A stretch of DNA of 64,000 nt. Origin: a virus. Of this stretch, positions 37,047 to 47,084 are shown piece by piece. The position numbers and the translations under genes are program-made. A model generated the notes under the pieces. The model was not told the DNA's origin, did not search any database, and saw nothing but the letters and a program-made list of their open reading frames with translations. The stretch is taken from the IMG/VR virus record IMGVR_UViG_3300042691_019444, positions 28,971-92,970 of that record. One strand, written 5' to 3'. Each line of letters opens with the position of its first letter. Position 1 is the stretch's first letter.

Positions 37047-37561
37047 CTGTCCGAATAGACATCAAGAACTTGCCTAAGGCGGTCAACAACCTAAGCGAGT
37101 CATTGACTAGGGCTCAGCATAAGGGACTTGTGTCGGCAGCCCTATCCGGTGTCAGTTGGCTGAAGATGGCAGTCATGCAGGTACAGGGGCGTCCGCCATT
37201 TCCGCCGTTTGACGTAGGTACTTTTCGGAATGGTTGGATGTTTGAATCGACGGACTTTGGGGCCCGCATTTACAACCAAACTCCTCATGCTCCATTCATC
37301 GTTGGAGGCGTTAGGCCGGATAGCGTGAAGCCCGGAAAGCGTATGATCTCCGCCCTAACCGAATGGGTGCTACGTAAACAGATTGCAGGCGATTCGAAAG
37401 AAGCTAGCAGCATCGCATATGCAATTGGCAATAAGATGCGGAAGACCGGAATCTTCATGGACCCCCAATTCAGATTCGTTGCACGGGTTGTTGAGTATCT
37501 GAATGACGAGGTTCCCAAACAAGTAGCGGCTGAGTTGAAACGCGCCGGATGGAAGGTGTGA
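37043..37561 (+). CDS. neck/tail completion protein (HK97 gp10-like)
   Basis: PFDVGTFRNGW...IYNQTPHAPFI..G...L.EWV.RK pattern. Confidence 0.65.
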   Translation: MTVRIDIKNLPKAVNNLSESLTRAQHKGLVSAALSGVSWLKMAVMQVQGRPPFPPFDVGTFRNGWMFESTDFGARIYNQTPHAPFIVGGVRPDSVKPGKRMISALTEWVLRKQIAGDSKEASSIAYAIGNKMRKTGIFMDPQFRFVARVVEYLNDEVPKQVAAELKRAGWKV

Positions 37562-37562
37562 T

Positions 37563-38225
37563 ATGGCACATGAACAGTGGAGTGGCATTCCGTCCCATGT
37601 TGCGTGGGATCCGACATGGCCCGAAGTACCTAATCCTGGGCTTGCGTATGCGGCCGCACGCGACCACGCCATAGAACGGTTGTTTGACTACTTGGCTGAG
37701 GTGGAGTGGCGGTACGGTGCGTTGGATGGGCGAGACCTAAATGCATTCACAATCAAGCGCACGAGTATGTTTCCAGAACAGCCACGCAAAGAAGCCACAA
37801 TCAACCTTCCGGCCATAGGTGTGATACCAAGTAAGCATATTCAGGATGAGCCATGGTTGGGTCCACCCCCCACAATTGAGGAGTCCTATCATGTCTATGG
37901 GAAGGATACGGTGCTGGTGACATGTGGGGAGTATATGGAATCCCTCGTATTGGATGTGTGGACTGAATACCCGGCTCAGCGCCGTAGCATCATTGCTGGT
38001 ATGGAATCGAGTGTATTCCATACCGAACGAGGTCCCCTGTATCTCACTCTCCCTAACTACTTTGATCGTGTGGCGGTGTTTACGTTCGAGGGAACTACGA
38101 GGCAGGAAGGGGATGCCCCTAAGATGCAAAGGCAGTTCTTTGCTCACTTGGAATTGCGCGTAGAAGCCGTCTATTTGGCGCGTATGCGTCCTTTCGCACC
38201 GCACGCTATGGTTGAGACCGAATAA
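37563..38225 (+). CDS. putative tail terminator
   Basis: LPAIGV, LDVW motifs; directly upstream of sheath. Confidence 0.55.
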   Translation: MAHEQWSGIPSHVAWDPTWPEVPNPGLAYAAARDHAIERLFDYLAEVEWRYGALDGRDLNAFTIKRTSMFPEQPRKEATINLPAIGVIPSKHIQDEPWLGPPPTIEESYHVYGKDTVLVTCGEYMESLVLDVWTEYPAQRRSIIAGMESSVFHTERGPLYLTLPNYFDRVAVFTFEGTTRQEGDAPKMQRQFFAHLELRVEAVYLARMRPFAPHAMVETE

Positions 38226-38243
38226 CCGCAACACGTGTTGCGG
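38226..38243. repeat. 18-bp palindrome copy 17 (exact)
   Basis: Immediately after TAA. Confidence 0.97.
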
Positions 38244-38311
38244 TAGACGTGAAGCGAAAGCCCTAGTATTCTGCTCACTGAGCTAGTCAGAACACTCCAT
38301 TGGAGGTACCG

Positions 38312-40513
38312 ATGTCCGTTTACATCCGTCGATTCACAGAAGATCCGGGGCTCGATGTCTTGCTGGACATCGAATCAGTCAACATCCTTGACCTGAACCC
38401 ATCCGAGAACATCACTTCGGTAGGTACAGGGACCGCGTTGCTTGTTGCGGAGTTTGAGGATGGCAATTTCAACGAGCCGACAGAAGTATTCGGACCTACG
38501 GACCTGCGGAATACGTTCGGTTCATTCGGATACACTTACGATGGCATTCAGGCGAGCAACCCGTGCGCCCGTAAGCGATATGCCGACAGTGCGGTTCAGC
38601 CCGAGTATTGGAATGGTAATGGGGCAATTGCCCTCAACGGTAAGAAGTTCAAGCGACTCATCGTGACCCGTGTCGACACGAGTGTTGGGGAAGTGACGTT
38701 TACGCGTCTCGCAAGCACGCACGGCACATACAATCCGACCTATAACCTTGAACCCTCTCAGACGCTTGTGGTTGAGACAGATTTGGTTGCGGCCACTACA
38801 GTCACGTTCAGTGCTACGGCGGCAGTCGTAACAGGCGTTGGAGGCGTCTTTACGGGCATCAATGCGGGCGACACACTGACGCTCGGATACGATGGGGCGG
38901 ACAACTTCACTACGACGTTCCAGGTCGGTGACACAACCATCGGTGCGGTTGTTGCTCGAATCAACCAGTATGCTGGGTTCACATTCGCATCTTCATCGGG
39001 CGGCCAACTACGTCTTACGGGACGTCAGCGTGGTACGGGTGGGAATGTGCGGGTTGTGAGTGGCACTACGGGTCTGATTACGGCAATCGGTCACTCGGCA
39101 GGCACTACGGCCGGAACCGGTAACGTTGCCAATATCGACGCAGTGACGGTCGCCGAAGTACATGCGTTGGTTCATGCGGCAGTTGCGGCCCTGTATGTTA
39201 CGACGGATTGGGATGGTGCAATCGTCATCTACAATTCTGACACAAGCGGAGTTGCGAAAGTCCGTGCTACGGTGGCGACTACTGCGACCGATTTCGGATT
39301 CAGTCTCGGTACATGGGGAATTCAGGCGACTGCTGCTGATGATGTGACCATTCCTGCGGGTACGCGTGTGCGCAACGCGGGCGGGAGTGAGTGGGTAACA
39401 ATGCAGTCCATCACTGCGGGCTCTACGGCCTTCACGGACTGGACCGTAAAGATTCGCCCAGCGACCGATGACGGTACGGCCACAAGCGCTCTGGTCAGTA
39501 CGTTGGTTGTGTTGCCCTATGCCGTAAGGGGAGCAATGTTCGGCGTCACCAACGAACTTCCGGTCAATGGTGCGTTGTCCGAGCTGGAGATTGACAATCG
39601 CTACTACACTGCAATTCAGTCGACGGTGGACCTGAATAGCGTGGCGCGCGAAGCCAATCTGATTTGGGCTGCTCGCCAATCAAACATTGTTCGGCGTGCA
39701 ATGCTTGAGAACGTAGTTACGGCGAGTGCGAGCGGATGTCTGGGTCGATGCACTGCAATCCGTCCCCCACTGGGAACTACCCGAACGGTCGCCAAGGGTA
39801 CGGCTGAGCCGGGCATTCAGCCTTACCGCAATGAGCGGGTGTTCTACACCTATCCCGGCGTACAGACCTACGTTCCGGCGATTGCGTTGCGCGGTACTGC
39901 TGGAGGTGCGGGGTTCACGGCGGATGGAGTCATCAACACTGGCGCTGATGGGTTCTTGATGTCCGTGCTATCGCGCCTCGCATCGGAAGAGAATCCGGGT
40001 CAACTCACTACGTTCTTGGATGCGGTGAGGGGACTTGAGAGTGGAACCGAGTACAGCGGTTGGGTCATTGACGACTATAAGTCATTCAAGCGCTATGGGA
40101 TTGTCGCTGCACGTATGGATGACGGGGTTGCCATTTTCCAATCAGGCGTTACGAGCGTAAACCCAACCACAACGCCTGACCGGGTGAGGATTGCTCGTCG
40201 TCGTATGGCGGATGAGATTCAGGATTCGTTGGCACGCATTGCCAAGCCATACGGTAAGAAGACAAATCGCCGTGAGCGTCGCAATATGTTGGCGAGCGCA
40301 TTCACTACCTACATGACAGGGTTGGTGAGTCCCGACGACCCAACCAAACAGAGAATTGAGGGGTTCTCAATCGACGTCAAAACTCCCAACACACCCAACG
40401 TGATTGCGAGTGGTGCTTACTATCTCGTGGTACGCGCCAGAACCCTCTCAACCCTTGACGCAATTGTCATCCAATCCGAGATTGGCGATACCGTCACATT
40501 CTCTGAAGTGTAG
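38312..40513 (+). CDS. tail sheath protein
   Basis: ITSVGTGTALLVAEFEDG...V....D....FG N-terminus; RIARRRMADEIQDSL C-terminal domain. Confidence 0.85.
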   Translation: MSVYIRRFTEDPGLDVLLDIESVNILDLNPSENITSVGTGTALLVAEFEDGNFNEPTEVFGPTDLRNTFGSFGYTYDGIQASNPCARKRYADSAVQPEYWNGNGAIALNGKKFKRLIVTRVDTSVGEVTFTRLASTHGTYNPTYNLEPSQTLVVETDLVAATTVTFSATAAVVTGVGGVFTGINAGDTLTLGYDGADNFTTTFQVGDTTIGAVVARINQYAGFTFASSSGGQLRLTGRQRGTGGNVRVVSGTTGLITAIGHSAGTTAGTGNVANIDAVTVAEVHALVHAAVAALYVTTDWDGAIVIYNSDTSGVAKVRATVATTATDFGFSLGTWGIQATAADDVTIPAGTRVRNAGGSEWVTMQSITAGSTAFTDWTVKIRPATDDGTATSALVSTLVVLPYAVRGAMFGVTNELPVNGALSELEIDNRYYTAIQSTVDLNSVAREANLIWAARQSNIVRRAMLENVVTASASGCLGRCTAIRPPLGTTRTVAKGTAEPGIQPYRNERVFYTYPGVQTYVPAIALRGTAGGAGFTADGVINTGADGFLMSVLSRLASEENPGQLTTFLDAVRGLESGTEYSGWVIDDYKSFKRYGIVAARMDDGVAIFQSGVTSVNPTTTPDRVRIARRRMADEIQDSLARIAKPYGKKTNRRERRNMLASAFTTYMTGLVSPDDPTKQRIEGFSIDVKTPNTPNVIASGAYYLVVRARTLSTLDAIVIQSEIGDTVTFSEV

Positions 40514-40521
40514 AGGTCACA

Positions 40522-40794
40522 ATGGATAAGAATGCTATCGATTTGGTGAAAGCATGGGCTGCGAAGAACAAGGCCCCAAAGGGAGGTAAGGTTCCTCCCC
40601 CGAAGGCTCCGGTGCCTCAACAGAATCCGCCTCTAGGGCAACCTGCACCGGGGACTCCTCCGGTTGTAGGTACACCCGTTGATGACGATGAGGACGAGAA
40701 GAAAGTACCTCCTCCGAATCCGAAGAAGAAGCCTCCCACGCCATTGGCTGCATTCGCAAAGAAGAAGGGACCGCCGGTTCCGCCGGCTCAGTAA
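40522..40794 (+). CDS. Pro/Lys-rich low-complexity protein
   Basis: GAGG RBS; lies between sheath and tube. Confidence 0.55.
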   Translation: MDKNAIDLVKAWAAKNKAPKGGKVPPPKAPVPQQNPPLGQPAPGTPPVVGTPVDDDEDEKKVPPPNPKKKPPTPLAAFAKKKGPPVPPAQ

Positions 40795-40800
40795 CAGACT

Positions 40801-40818
40801 CCGCAACACGTGTTGCGG
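40801..40818. repeat. 18-bp palindrome copy 18 (exact)
   Basis: Exact match. Confidence 0.97.
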
Positions 40819-40839
40819 TGAGTCGGAAAGGATCGAACC

Positions 40840-41274
40840 ATGGCATTGAGACTCAAAGGGCAAGAAGTTGAAGTTCGGATCATCAAAGCGGGTGTACTTC
40901 AGGACACCATTACGAAGATCAAGAACTTTGAACTTGAGGTGAAGCTCGATCTGCTTGAAGAAGACTTCCTCGGTATGACCACAACCGAATACGACGAAGT
41001 ATATAGCGGAGTCGGATTCAGTTTTGAGATGCAGTTGGATAGTCCTGACTTCCTCGACTTGCAACGAGCAATCATTGACAAGGCACGCCGAATCACACCC
41101 GACGTGCAATACACCATCACGGGAACGTTGTTGTTCCCTAGCGGTGCAACTCGCGCTCTGATTATTCCGGATGCGCATTTCGGTGCGCAACCAATCAACG
41201 CTGGAGGCCGGAAGGAATACGTCACAGTGTCGTGCGAAGGTGCGGCCAGTGACTATACCATCCAATCGTTGTAA
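40840..41274 (+). CDS. tail tube protein
   Basis: 144 aa, beta-rich, downstream of sheath. Confidence 0.75.
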   Translation: MALRLKGQEVEVRIIKAGVLQDTITKIKNFELEVKLDLLEEDFLGMTTTEYDEVYSGVGFSFEMQLDSPDFLDLQRAIIDKARRITPDVQYTITGTLLFPSGATRALIIPDAHFGAQPINAGGRKEYVTVSCEGAASDYTIQSL

Positions 41275-41303
41275 GATAGACCTCGCACCCCGCTGTGCGA
41301 TTG

Positions 41304-41390
41304 TGGGGGGATGGTCGTTAGCGGCTCCGTAGCGGAGACGGAGTTGGCCTCCCGCTAACGATTCATCCCCCCAACCCTTTTCTGGAGGCC
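41304..41390 (+). promoter_or_regulatory. structured RNA leader with anti-SD, upstream of tail chaperone
   Basis: 21-bp stem 41304-41324/41352-41373; inner hairpin; GGCCTCC (41346-52) complementary to RBS GGAGGCC (41384-90). Confidence 0.55.
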
Positions 41391-41395
41391 CGACA

Positions 41396-41923
41396 ATGAA
41401 TACCCGTGAGATCAATCCGACCGACGTACAGAGTGATGAGATTGTGGAGGAAGCGGCTAAGGTCGTTTCAAACATGCTGAATCCGAGTGCATCAAAGACG
41501 AAGACCGTAAAGGGTGCACCGGAATGGGCAATCATCCCCCCAGGGTTCAGTCCACCACAAGGCGCGCGAGTGTGCTTTATGAAGTTCCGTGCCGAATGGA
41601 CCGATACGCCGGAGAAGGGGGACCGTCAATGCATCATCTGGTCACTGAGCCTTATGGATGAACGCAATGCGCTCGCACGTGCGCGTGGGGACGTTCTCCG
41701 AACACTCGATGAGATGGCAAAGCAAACGGTGCGGGTTGTCGACGGCAATATGGTCGACTGGACCGGTAAGTTGCGGGAGGGGGATCTCGATATGTGGTGG
41801 AATGACATCGGGCCCCGTTGTAGGACGCTCATTCAGCGCCACTACAATCAGACTCACAACTTGACGGCAGCGGAGCAGGAGGATTTTTTCGAGAATTGCA
41901 TCGCTGTTCTCGTGAGGGATTGA
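41396..41923 (+). CDS. tail assembly chaperone (gpG-like)
   Basis: Between tube and tape measure; ends EDFFENC with a T TTT TTC slippery site. Confidence 0.75.
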   Translation: MNTREINPTDVQSDEIVEEAAKVVSNMLNPSASKTKTVKGAPEWAIIPPGFSPPQGARVCFMKFRAEWTDTPEKGDRQCIIWSLSLMDERNALARARGDVLRTLDEMAKQTVRVVDGNMVDWTGKLREGDLDMWWNDIGPRCRTLIQRHYNQTHNLTAAEQEDFFENCIAVLVRD

Positions 41924-42198
41924 GTCCGTTCGATAACACCAAAGTTCGACAACTAGAACTTTTAGGTGTGGACCCAGATCCCTTAGTGAACCTGCTCCGC
42001 GTGAAGATGTTAGCGCAAGAAATGGACGCGGTGCAGATAGAGCGAATACGGTTCAAACAGAAGATTCAGTTGGGTCGCTATGCCCGCCAATCAGTCCTGC
42101 AATGGGACGACGTTTCTCTAAGCGACTTTCTTCTGTACTATGATCTAATGACCGAAGTGGTCTCGTCCGAAAACACAACAATCCCCACTGAAGATTGA
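41884..42198 (+). CDS. -1 frameshift extension of tail chaperone (gpGT-like)
   Basis: -1 frame open from the slippery heptamer TTTTTTC (41884-90) to TGA 42198. Confidence 0.7.
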   Translation, partial: FFRELHRCSREGLSPFDNTKVRQLELLGVDPDPLVNLLRVKMLAQEMDAVQIERIRFKQKIQLGRYARQSVLQWDDVSLSDFLLYYDLMTEVVSSENTTIPTED

Positions 42199-42205
42199 GG
42201 CTGAG

Positions 42206-44185
42206 ATGGCTGACAATCAAGCTGAAGTATCAGTAAACCTACGCGCCGACGACAAGGCCAGTGATGTCATTCGCAATATGCGCTCTGAGTCGGATAAGGC
42301 GTCCGAATCCGTACAGGGGTTGGGCGGGCGATTGGCAACTATGGCTCAACAGGCCGTCTCTAACTTCGTTGGCAACACGGTGATTCCGAAGGTTCTTGAG
42401 TATGGGTCGGAGTTGGTAAACAACGCGATGCATGTTCAGGAACAAGTGCGCAAGATTGGGAGTTACTTCGTGACCTCTGCTGGTGCGGAGTGGGGCACGG
42501 CTATGGAGAAGGCTGAGGGGGTTGAGGCCGAATTGGCGAGGATGGCAATTCGTATCGGTATGGATATTGATACGGCACGCGCAGCATTCTCAAACATGGC
42601 AAAGGCTGCCGATGCTGGCGAAGGTTCAATTGACAACGTTCTAAAGCGCACTGAGCAATTGATGCAAATCTCCGACATTACGTTGGAGCCGGTTGAAACA
42701 CTGGCATCAGAATACGCAATGATGGAGAAAGGCATCGTACGTAGTAAGGGTGCGCTTACTAAGATGCTGTTCAGTACTGGCATTTTCGGTAAGAACATCA
42801 AGAAGGCTGGAGCGTATTGGGGGAAGCTAACCGAAGAGCAACGCAAGTCCGCGTTGGACGATGCGATTGGTAAGTTGGCAAATAAGATGGAGGCTGCTCC
42901 GCAGTCGATGGCATCACTGCTATCTTCGTTGAATGCCGTCAAACAACGAATCATGGATATTGCTGGTAAGAACCTAGTTGCCAATATGACGCCTAGGGTT
43001 CAGGCCCTTCTGGATTACTTGGAGCGCAAACGTCCACAACTCGAACAGATGGCATCGAAGTTTGGTAATGAGTTGGCAATTGCTGGCGACAAGGGTGTGG
43101 AGTGGATTAGTGAGAAGTTCGATTACCTCATTTTGCATTGGGATGAGGTAATGAATTCGATCAAGGACGGGGCAACTAAGGTCTACAAGGTCGCGAAGTT
43201 CATTGTGGATAATGCGGATACGATTGCGTATGCGTATGGGCTACATGCATTGAGCCCCACCATACTCGCAGGTATCCAAAATGCAGGCGCCCTGAAGGCT
43301 ATGGGGAGCGGTATCACAGGGTTCACAGGGTTGCTGGCGGCAGCGAAGGGTGGACTTGTCGCATTCAGCGCCCAATTGGCAGCAGTAGCCCTCGCCGTGG
43401 GAGCGGCAGTAGTCGCATTCATGGCCGCTAAGGCTCAGTACGATGCTTTGCAAAAGGAAGGCGGAATGAGTGCGGCATGGCAGTCATTCCGGTACGGGAA
43501 CAAGGCATACTCTGAAGCGGACTTGTCGGGATTCCGTAACTCGATGGAAGAGGCACTCAAGAGCAATAGGCTTGAGACGGCTGCTGCTATTCTGAAGACC
43601 AAACAGGAGGCGGTTGCTGAGCGCAAGACTGCTGCTCAGCAGCAATTCGGAGCCGATGCCCCTGAGCACTACAGTGCGATGGGCATCACTGCGATGGAGA
43701 ATCTGGTTGAGGACTTCAGCAAACGAATGCCCACCATGGGGGACATCGCTGCCGCAAATGCCATTCAGACTCAGGCCGAATTGGTTGCGATGTATAACAT
43801 GGCAATCCGTTCTGACAATCAGGCCCTAGCGTCATATGTGGCGAGCATTGCGGGGCGGTCTGAAGCCCTTGCCTATGGGTTGGCCGACAATGCGACGTTG
43901 ATTGAGGGTGGGTTCGATTCCTTCATTTCACGCCTAGACGATAAGACAAAAGAGTTCGTTGGTAGTATGAATAAGATGTACGGGGAGGCACATCCGGGGC
44001 GCACGGGTAGGAAGGAACCTAAGGTGGAGTCTGGTGTGCATATGCACGGGGGGCAAACATTCCAGATCAAGCAAGAGTTCCGCGAGGCAGACCCGGATCG
44101 AATTGCCATCTACATGCGGCGAGATTTGGTGAAGGCTGCTACGGCACGGGCCCGCTCGCGCGTGCGCACACCATTTGGAGTTTAG
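42206..44185 (+). CDS. tape measure protein
   Basis: 659 aa, Ala-rich helical with a hydrophobic segment; LRADDKAS N-terminus. Confidence 0.85.
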   Translation: MADNQAEVSVNLRADDKASDVIRNMRSESDKASESVQGLGGRLATMAQQAVSNFVGNTVIPKVLEYGSELVNNAMHVQEQVRKIGSYFVTSAGAEWGTAMEKAEGVEAELARMAIRIGMDIDTARAAFSNMAKAADAGEGSIDNVLKRTEQLMQISDITLEPVETLASEYAMMEKGIVRSKGALTKMLFSTGIFGKNIKKAGAYWGKLTEEQRKSALDDAIGKLANKMEAAPQSMASLLSSLNAVKQRIMDIAGKNLVANMTPRVQALLDYLERKRPQLEQMASKFGNELAIAGDKGVEWISEKFDYLILHWDEVMNSIKDGATKVYKVAKFIVDNADTIAYAYGLHALSPTILAGIQNAGALKAMGSGITGFTGLLAAAKGGLVAFSAQLAAVALAVGAAVVAFMAAKAQYDALQKEGGMSAAWQSFRYGNKAYSEADLSGFRNSMEEALKSNRLETAAAILKTKQEAVAERKTAAQQQFGADAPEHYSAMGITAMENLVEDFSKRMPTMGDIAAANAIQTQAELVAMYNMAIRSDNQALASYVASIAGRSEALAYGLADNATLIEGGFDSFISRLDDKTKEFVGSMNKMYGEAHPGRTGRKEPKVESGVHMHGGQTFQIKQEFREADPDRIAIYMRRDLVKAATARARSRVRTPFGV

Positions 44186-44187
44186 GT

Positions 44188-44205
44188 CCGCAACACGTGT
44201 TGCGG
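44188..44205. repeat. 18-bp palindrome copy 19 (exact)
   Basis: Between the stop codon and TAGGAG. Confidence 0.97.
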
Positions 44206-44217
44206 TAGGAGCGAATC

Positions 44218-45444
44218 ATGCCGACCATTACGATCAAGGATTCGACCGCCAATAAGATTGAGATCATGACGAACGTCATGACCATAACGGAGTTGTCTGG
44301 TCGTAAACGCACCATCACCCTAAGTCAGACCAGTCTACCCAAGAAGGGAGCCAATTGGGGTATTGAACAGCGTCTACCTACGGTGTTCCCACCCGGAGCA
44401 ATTGAGGGCTCTCAGCAGGTGTTGGGACCCATTCCGGTTGATACGACGTTTGAGGGGGTATGGCGTCGAACTAAATTGGGTCGTAATCCGGTGGTTGTTG
44501 ATGAGAGCGGTAGTGAGACTCGTATCATCTACCCTGAAACCGTTAGGGCGTTGATTGAAGATGTTGTGGCGCGGGGCTCACTCCTACAGGTTACATGGCA
44601 ATCCATAACCAGGAATGGGCGCATTGCTCGCTTCAATTGTCCGATTGATACCCGATGGGACATTCATTGGGAGATGACTCTGAAGTGGGTTAGCTTTGGA
44701 CCGTCATTCCCAGAACGGCTGGTGTTGACGCGTAGTGGTGGGGGTACTCAGGCATTGATTGATGGGCTGTTGTTGGATTCTGAAACTCTAGGGGTGTTGG
44801 ACGGCGCAACCATAGCGGTCGATAAGAAGGCAAAGAAGTCAAAGGGTGCACCGGAATTGACCATCGGGCAGGTGAGTGCATTTCTGGATGGTCCGAATAG
44901 GTTGGTTCAGCAATTGGGACGTAAGGTGCGGGAGCTTACGGGGAAGTTGAAGGCCGTGGCCGATCTGGCTACTAAGTTCAAACAACAACCTGCACTGATT
45001 ACGAATACGATTCTGGCTACATGCGAGAACATTGTGGCTCAATGCAATCAGTTTCAGGATGAATATGGGCGCAACCCCCCGGAGGTGTCGTCTTACGATA
45101 CGCGGGTATCGAGCATCACAAACATGGTTCGATATTACGCTGAAGCCAACAGGCTTGCTGATGCTTTGAAGGAGAAGGCTCAGGCACTTAGGGACGAACA
45201 GAAACGTAGGGCTGAGGCGTTGAATGAAACGGGCGTAATCTCCGATATCATTGCCCTTCATTTGGTGAGGGATGGAGATACGCTGATGAGTATTAGTCAA
45301 CGCTACTATGGCACTCCTGACAATGGGTCAGTGATTGCGAAGGCTAACGGGTTGAAGTATCCGATTTTCGCAGCCGAAACCACGACTGGGCGCCCCGATA
45401 TTGGTGGTAAGACGTTGTTGGTAATTCCGGTCATTAGGAAATAG
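44218..45444 (+). CDS. baseplate/tube initiator with C-terminal LysM domain
   Basis: HLVRDGDTLMSISQRYYG...IAKANGL. Confidence 0.75.
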   Translation: MPTITIKDSTANKIEIMTNVMTITELSGRKRTITLSQTSLPKKGANWGIEQRLPTVFPPGAIEGSQQVLGPIPVDTTFEGVWRRTKLGRNPVVVDESGSETRIIYPETVRALIEDVVARGSLLQVTWQSITRNGRIARFNCPIDTRWDIHWEMTLKWVSFGPSFPERLVLTRSGGGTQALIDGLLLDSETLGVLDGATIAVDKKAKKSKGAPELTIGQVSAFLDGPNRLVQQLGRKVRELTGKLKAVADLATKFKQQPALITNTILATCENIVAQCNQFQDEYGRNPPEVSSYDTRVSSITNMVRYYAEANRLADALKEKAQALRDEQKRRAEALNETGVISDIIALHLVRDGDTLMSISQRYYGTPDNGSVIAKANGLKYPIFAAETTTGRPDIGGKTLLVIPVIRK

Positions 45445-45446
45445 AC

Positions 45447-47084
45447 ATGTCACAATCATACTACCCCCTATGCCGAGTCCGTGTGGTGGTCAGATTCGAG
45501 GAATTTGGTAAGGAGTTGTCTACGCCGCCACCCAAGAAGCCGCTTACGCTACGCAAGGGTTCAAAGGATGACGGCGAAACGTTGGAGTATGTACTTGATC
45601 CGGATTCTCCCGAGGGAACTAAGCGCTACATGTTGGCGGGTAAGGGTAAGACTAAGGCGCAAGAAGCAAGTGCTGACGACCGCACGCAAGTGATTGACGG
45701 AATCCTTCCTACAAGCGCGACCCTAACTCGCAATTCGATCGTTAGTCCCGATACGTTGGAGTTGGAGATTCCGTATTTGGACTTCCCGTTTGACCCCCGT
45801 CTCATTAGGTCTTGCGCGGTACAGTTCTATATGGGGACCGTAAAGGCTGACGATTGGCAAGACAGTATTGGGAGGGGTAGGTCGGTGGCGTTGCCCGATA
45901 ATGGCATCTATAAGGTCGGAGACGTGTCCAATAGGGCGTTCGATGGTTGGGTGGATTCGTATAGGGTGGAGTGGAGTGAGGACGGGGTTGGGAAGGTCAG
46001 TTTGTCGTGCCGTGATGGGACGCAATTGTTGGTAGACACCAAAGCTCCTCCCCAACTGAAGTTCGATGTGAAGTTACCGCTCGATGAAGCGGTTGCCCAA
46101 TACCTATCCAACTTTCCGCAATTCGAGGGATTGAGTGTTGAGTACCGCCCGCCCGGTACGGAGCCCCCCACAATCTCCGATTCATTGGTAAAGGGTATTG
46201 ACCCCCAGACTACAGGGCCCACTAAGGGCAACGATAAGATGAGTGTGTGGGACCATCTGATGGATATGGCGGGCATCGCGGGGCACGTAGTCAGAATGGA
46301 CGGGAACGTGATTGTGATTCAGCGCCCGCGCACCCTATACGCGAACGGCTTTTCAAGGTCAACTGACCCGTACGTGCCTAAGGTGGTCAATGGATTGGAT
46401 TGCACGTATCGAACACTCGTGTACGGCCACAATCTTCGGAACTTCGATGTTGCCCGCAAGTATTCGGATGCAGTGCCAACCAACATCGAAGTTCGGTGTT
46501 ATCTGCCTAGCCGTAAGAAGACATTGGCAGTGAGGTTTCCTGGTGTGGCGAGTGCAAAGACTGGAGAAAAGACCGATAACAAGGTCGTGGTTTATCGGGT
46601 GGATGGTGTGGGCACTAAGGAGGCATTGAAGATAATTGCACAATCCATCTATGAGCAGATCAGTAGGCAAGAAATGGAAGTGTCATTCAAGACTGCCGGT
46701 CTAGCTTCGTTGGGTAACGACAATGACACTCCAGACTTGTTGTGGTTGACGAGTGGTGATGCCATTCAGGTGTTGTTTGCGCGAGATAAGGATTCAAGCC
46801 CGTTAGTGCCCGCTGATGTTGCTCAGGTCGAAGAAGCATTGCTGGACCGTGGACGTATGGTTGCGTACCTGAAAGAGCTTGGGTATGCGTCGTCTGTAGC
46901 GAATGCTTATGCTGATGTGTATGCGGACGCTGGATACCAAACCATATTCCGCACTAACGAAGCAACGTATGATTGGTCAATCGAAGAGGGATTGCATATC
47001 AACATCAAAGCCATCAACTACATTGAGGTTCGCAACGATAAGCCCTTACCGGGGGACTTGGAACCTACACCGGAGGCCAAATGA
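45447..47084 (+). CDS. baseplate hub (gp27/gpD-like)
   Basis: FDGWVD...CRD.T.LLVD; synteny. Confidence 0.7.
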   Translation: MSQSYYPLCRVRVVVRFEEFGKELSTPPPKKPLTLRKGSKDDGETLEYVLDPDSPEGTKRYMLAGKGKTKAQEASADDRTQVIDGILPTSATLTRNSIVSPDTLELEIPYLDFPFDPRLIRSCAVQFYMGTVKADDWQDSIGRGRSVALPDNGIYKVGDVSNRAFDGWVDSYRVEWSEDGVGKVSLSCRDGTQLLVDTKAPPQLKFDVKLPLDEAVAQYLSNFPQFEGLSVEYRPPGTEPPTISDSLVKGIDPQTTGPTKGNDKMSVWDHLMDMAGIAGHVVRMDGNVIVIQRPRTLYANGFSRSTDPYVPKVVNGLDCTYRTLVYGHNLRNFDVARKYSDAVPTNIEVRCYLPSRKKTLAVRFPGVASAKTGEKTDNKVVVYRVDGVGTKEALKIIAQSIYEQISRQEMEVSFKTAGLASLGNDNDTPDLLWLTSGDAIQVLFARDKDSSPLVPADVAQVEEALLDRGRMVAYLKELGYASSVANAYADVYADAGYQTIFRTNEATYDWSIEEGLHINIKAINYIEVRNDKPLPGDLEPTPEAK

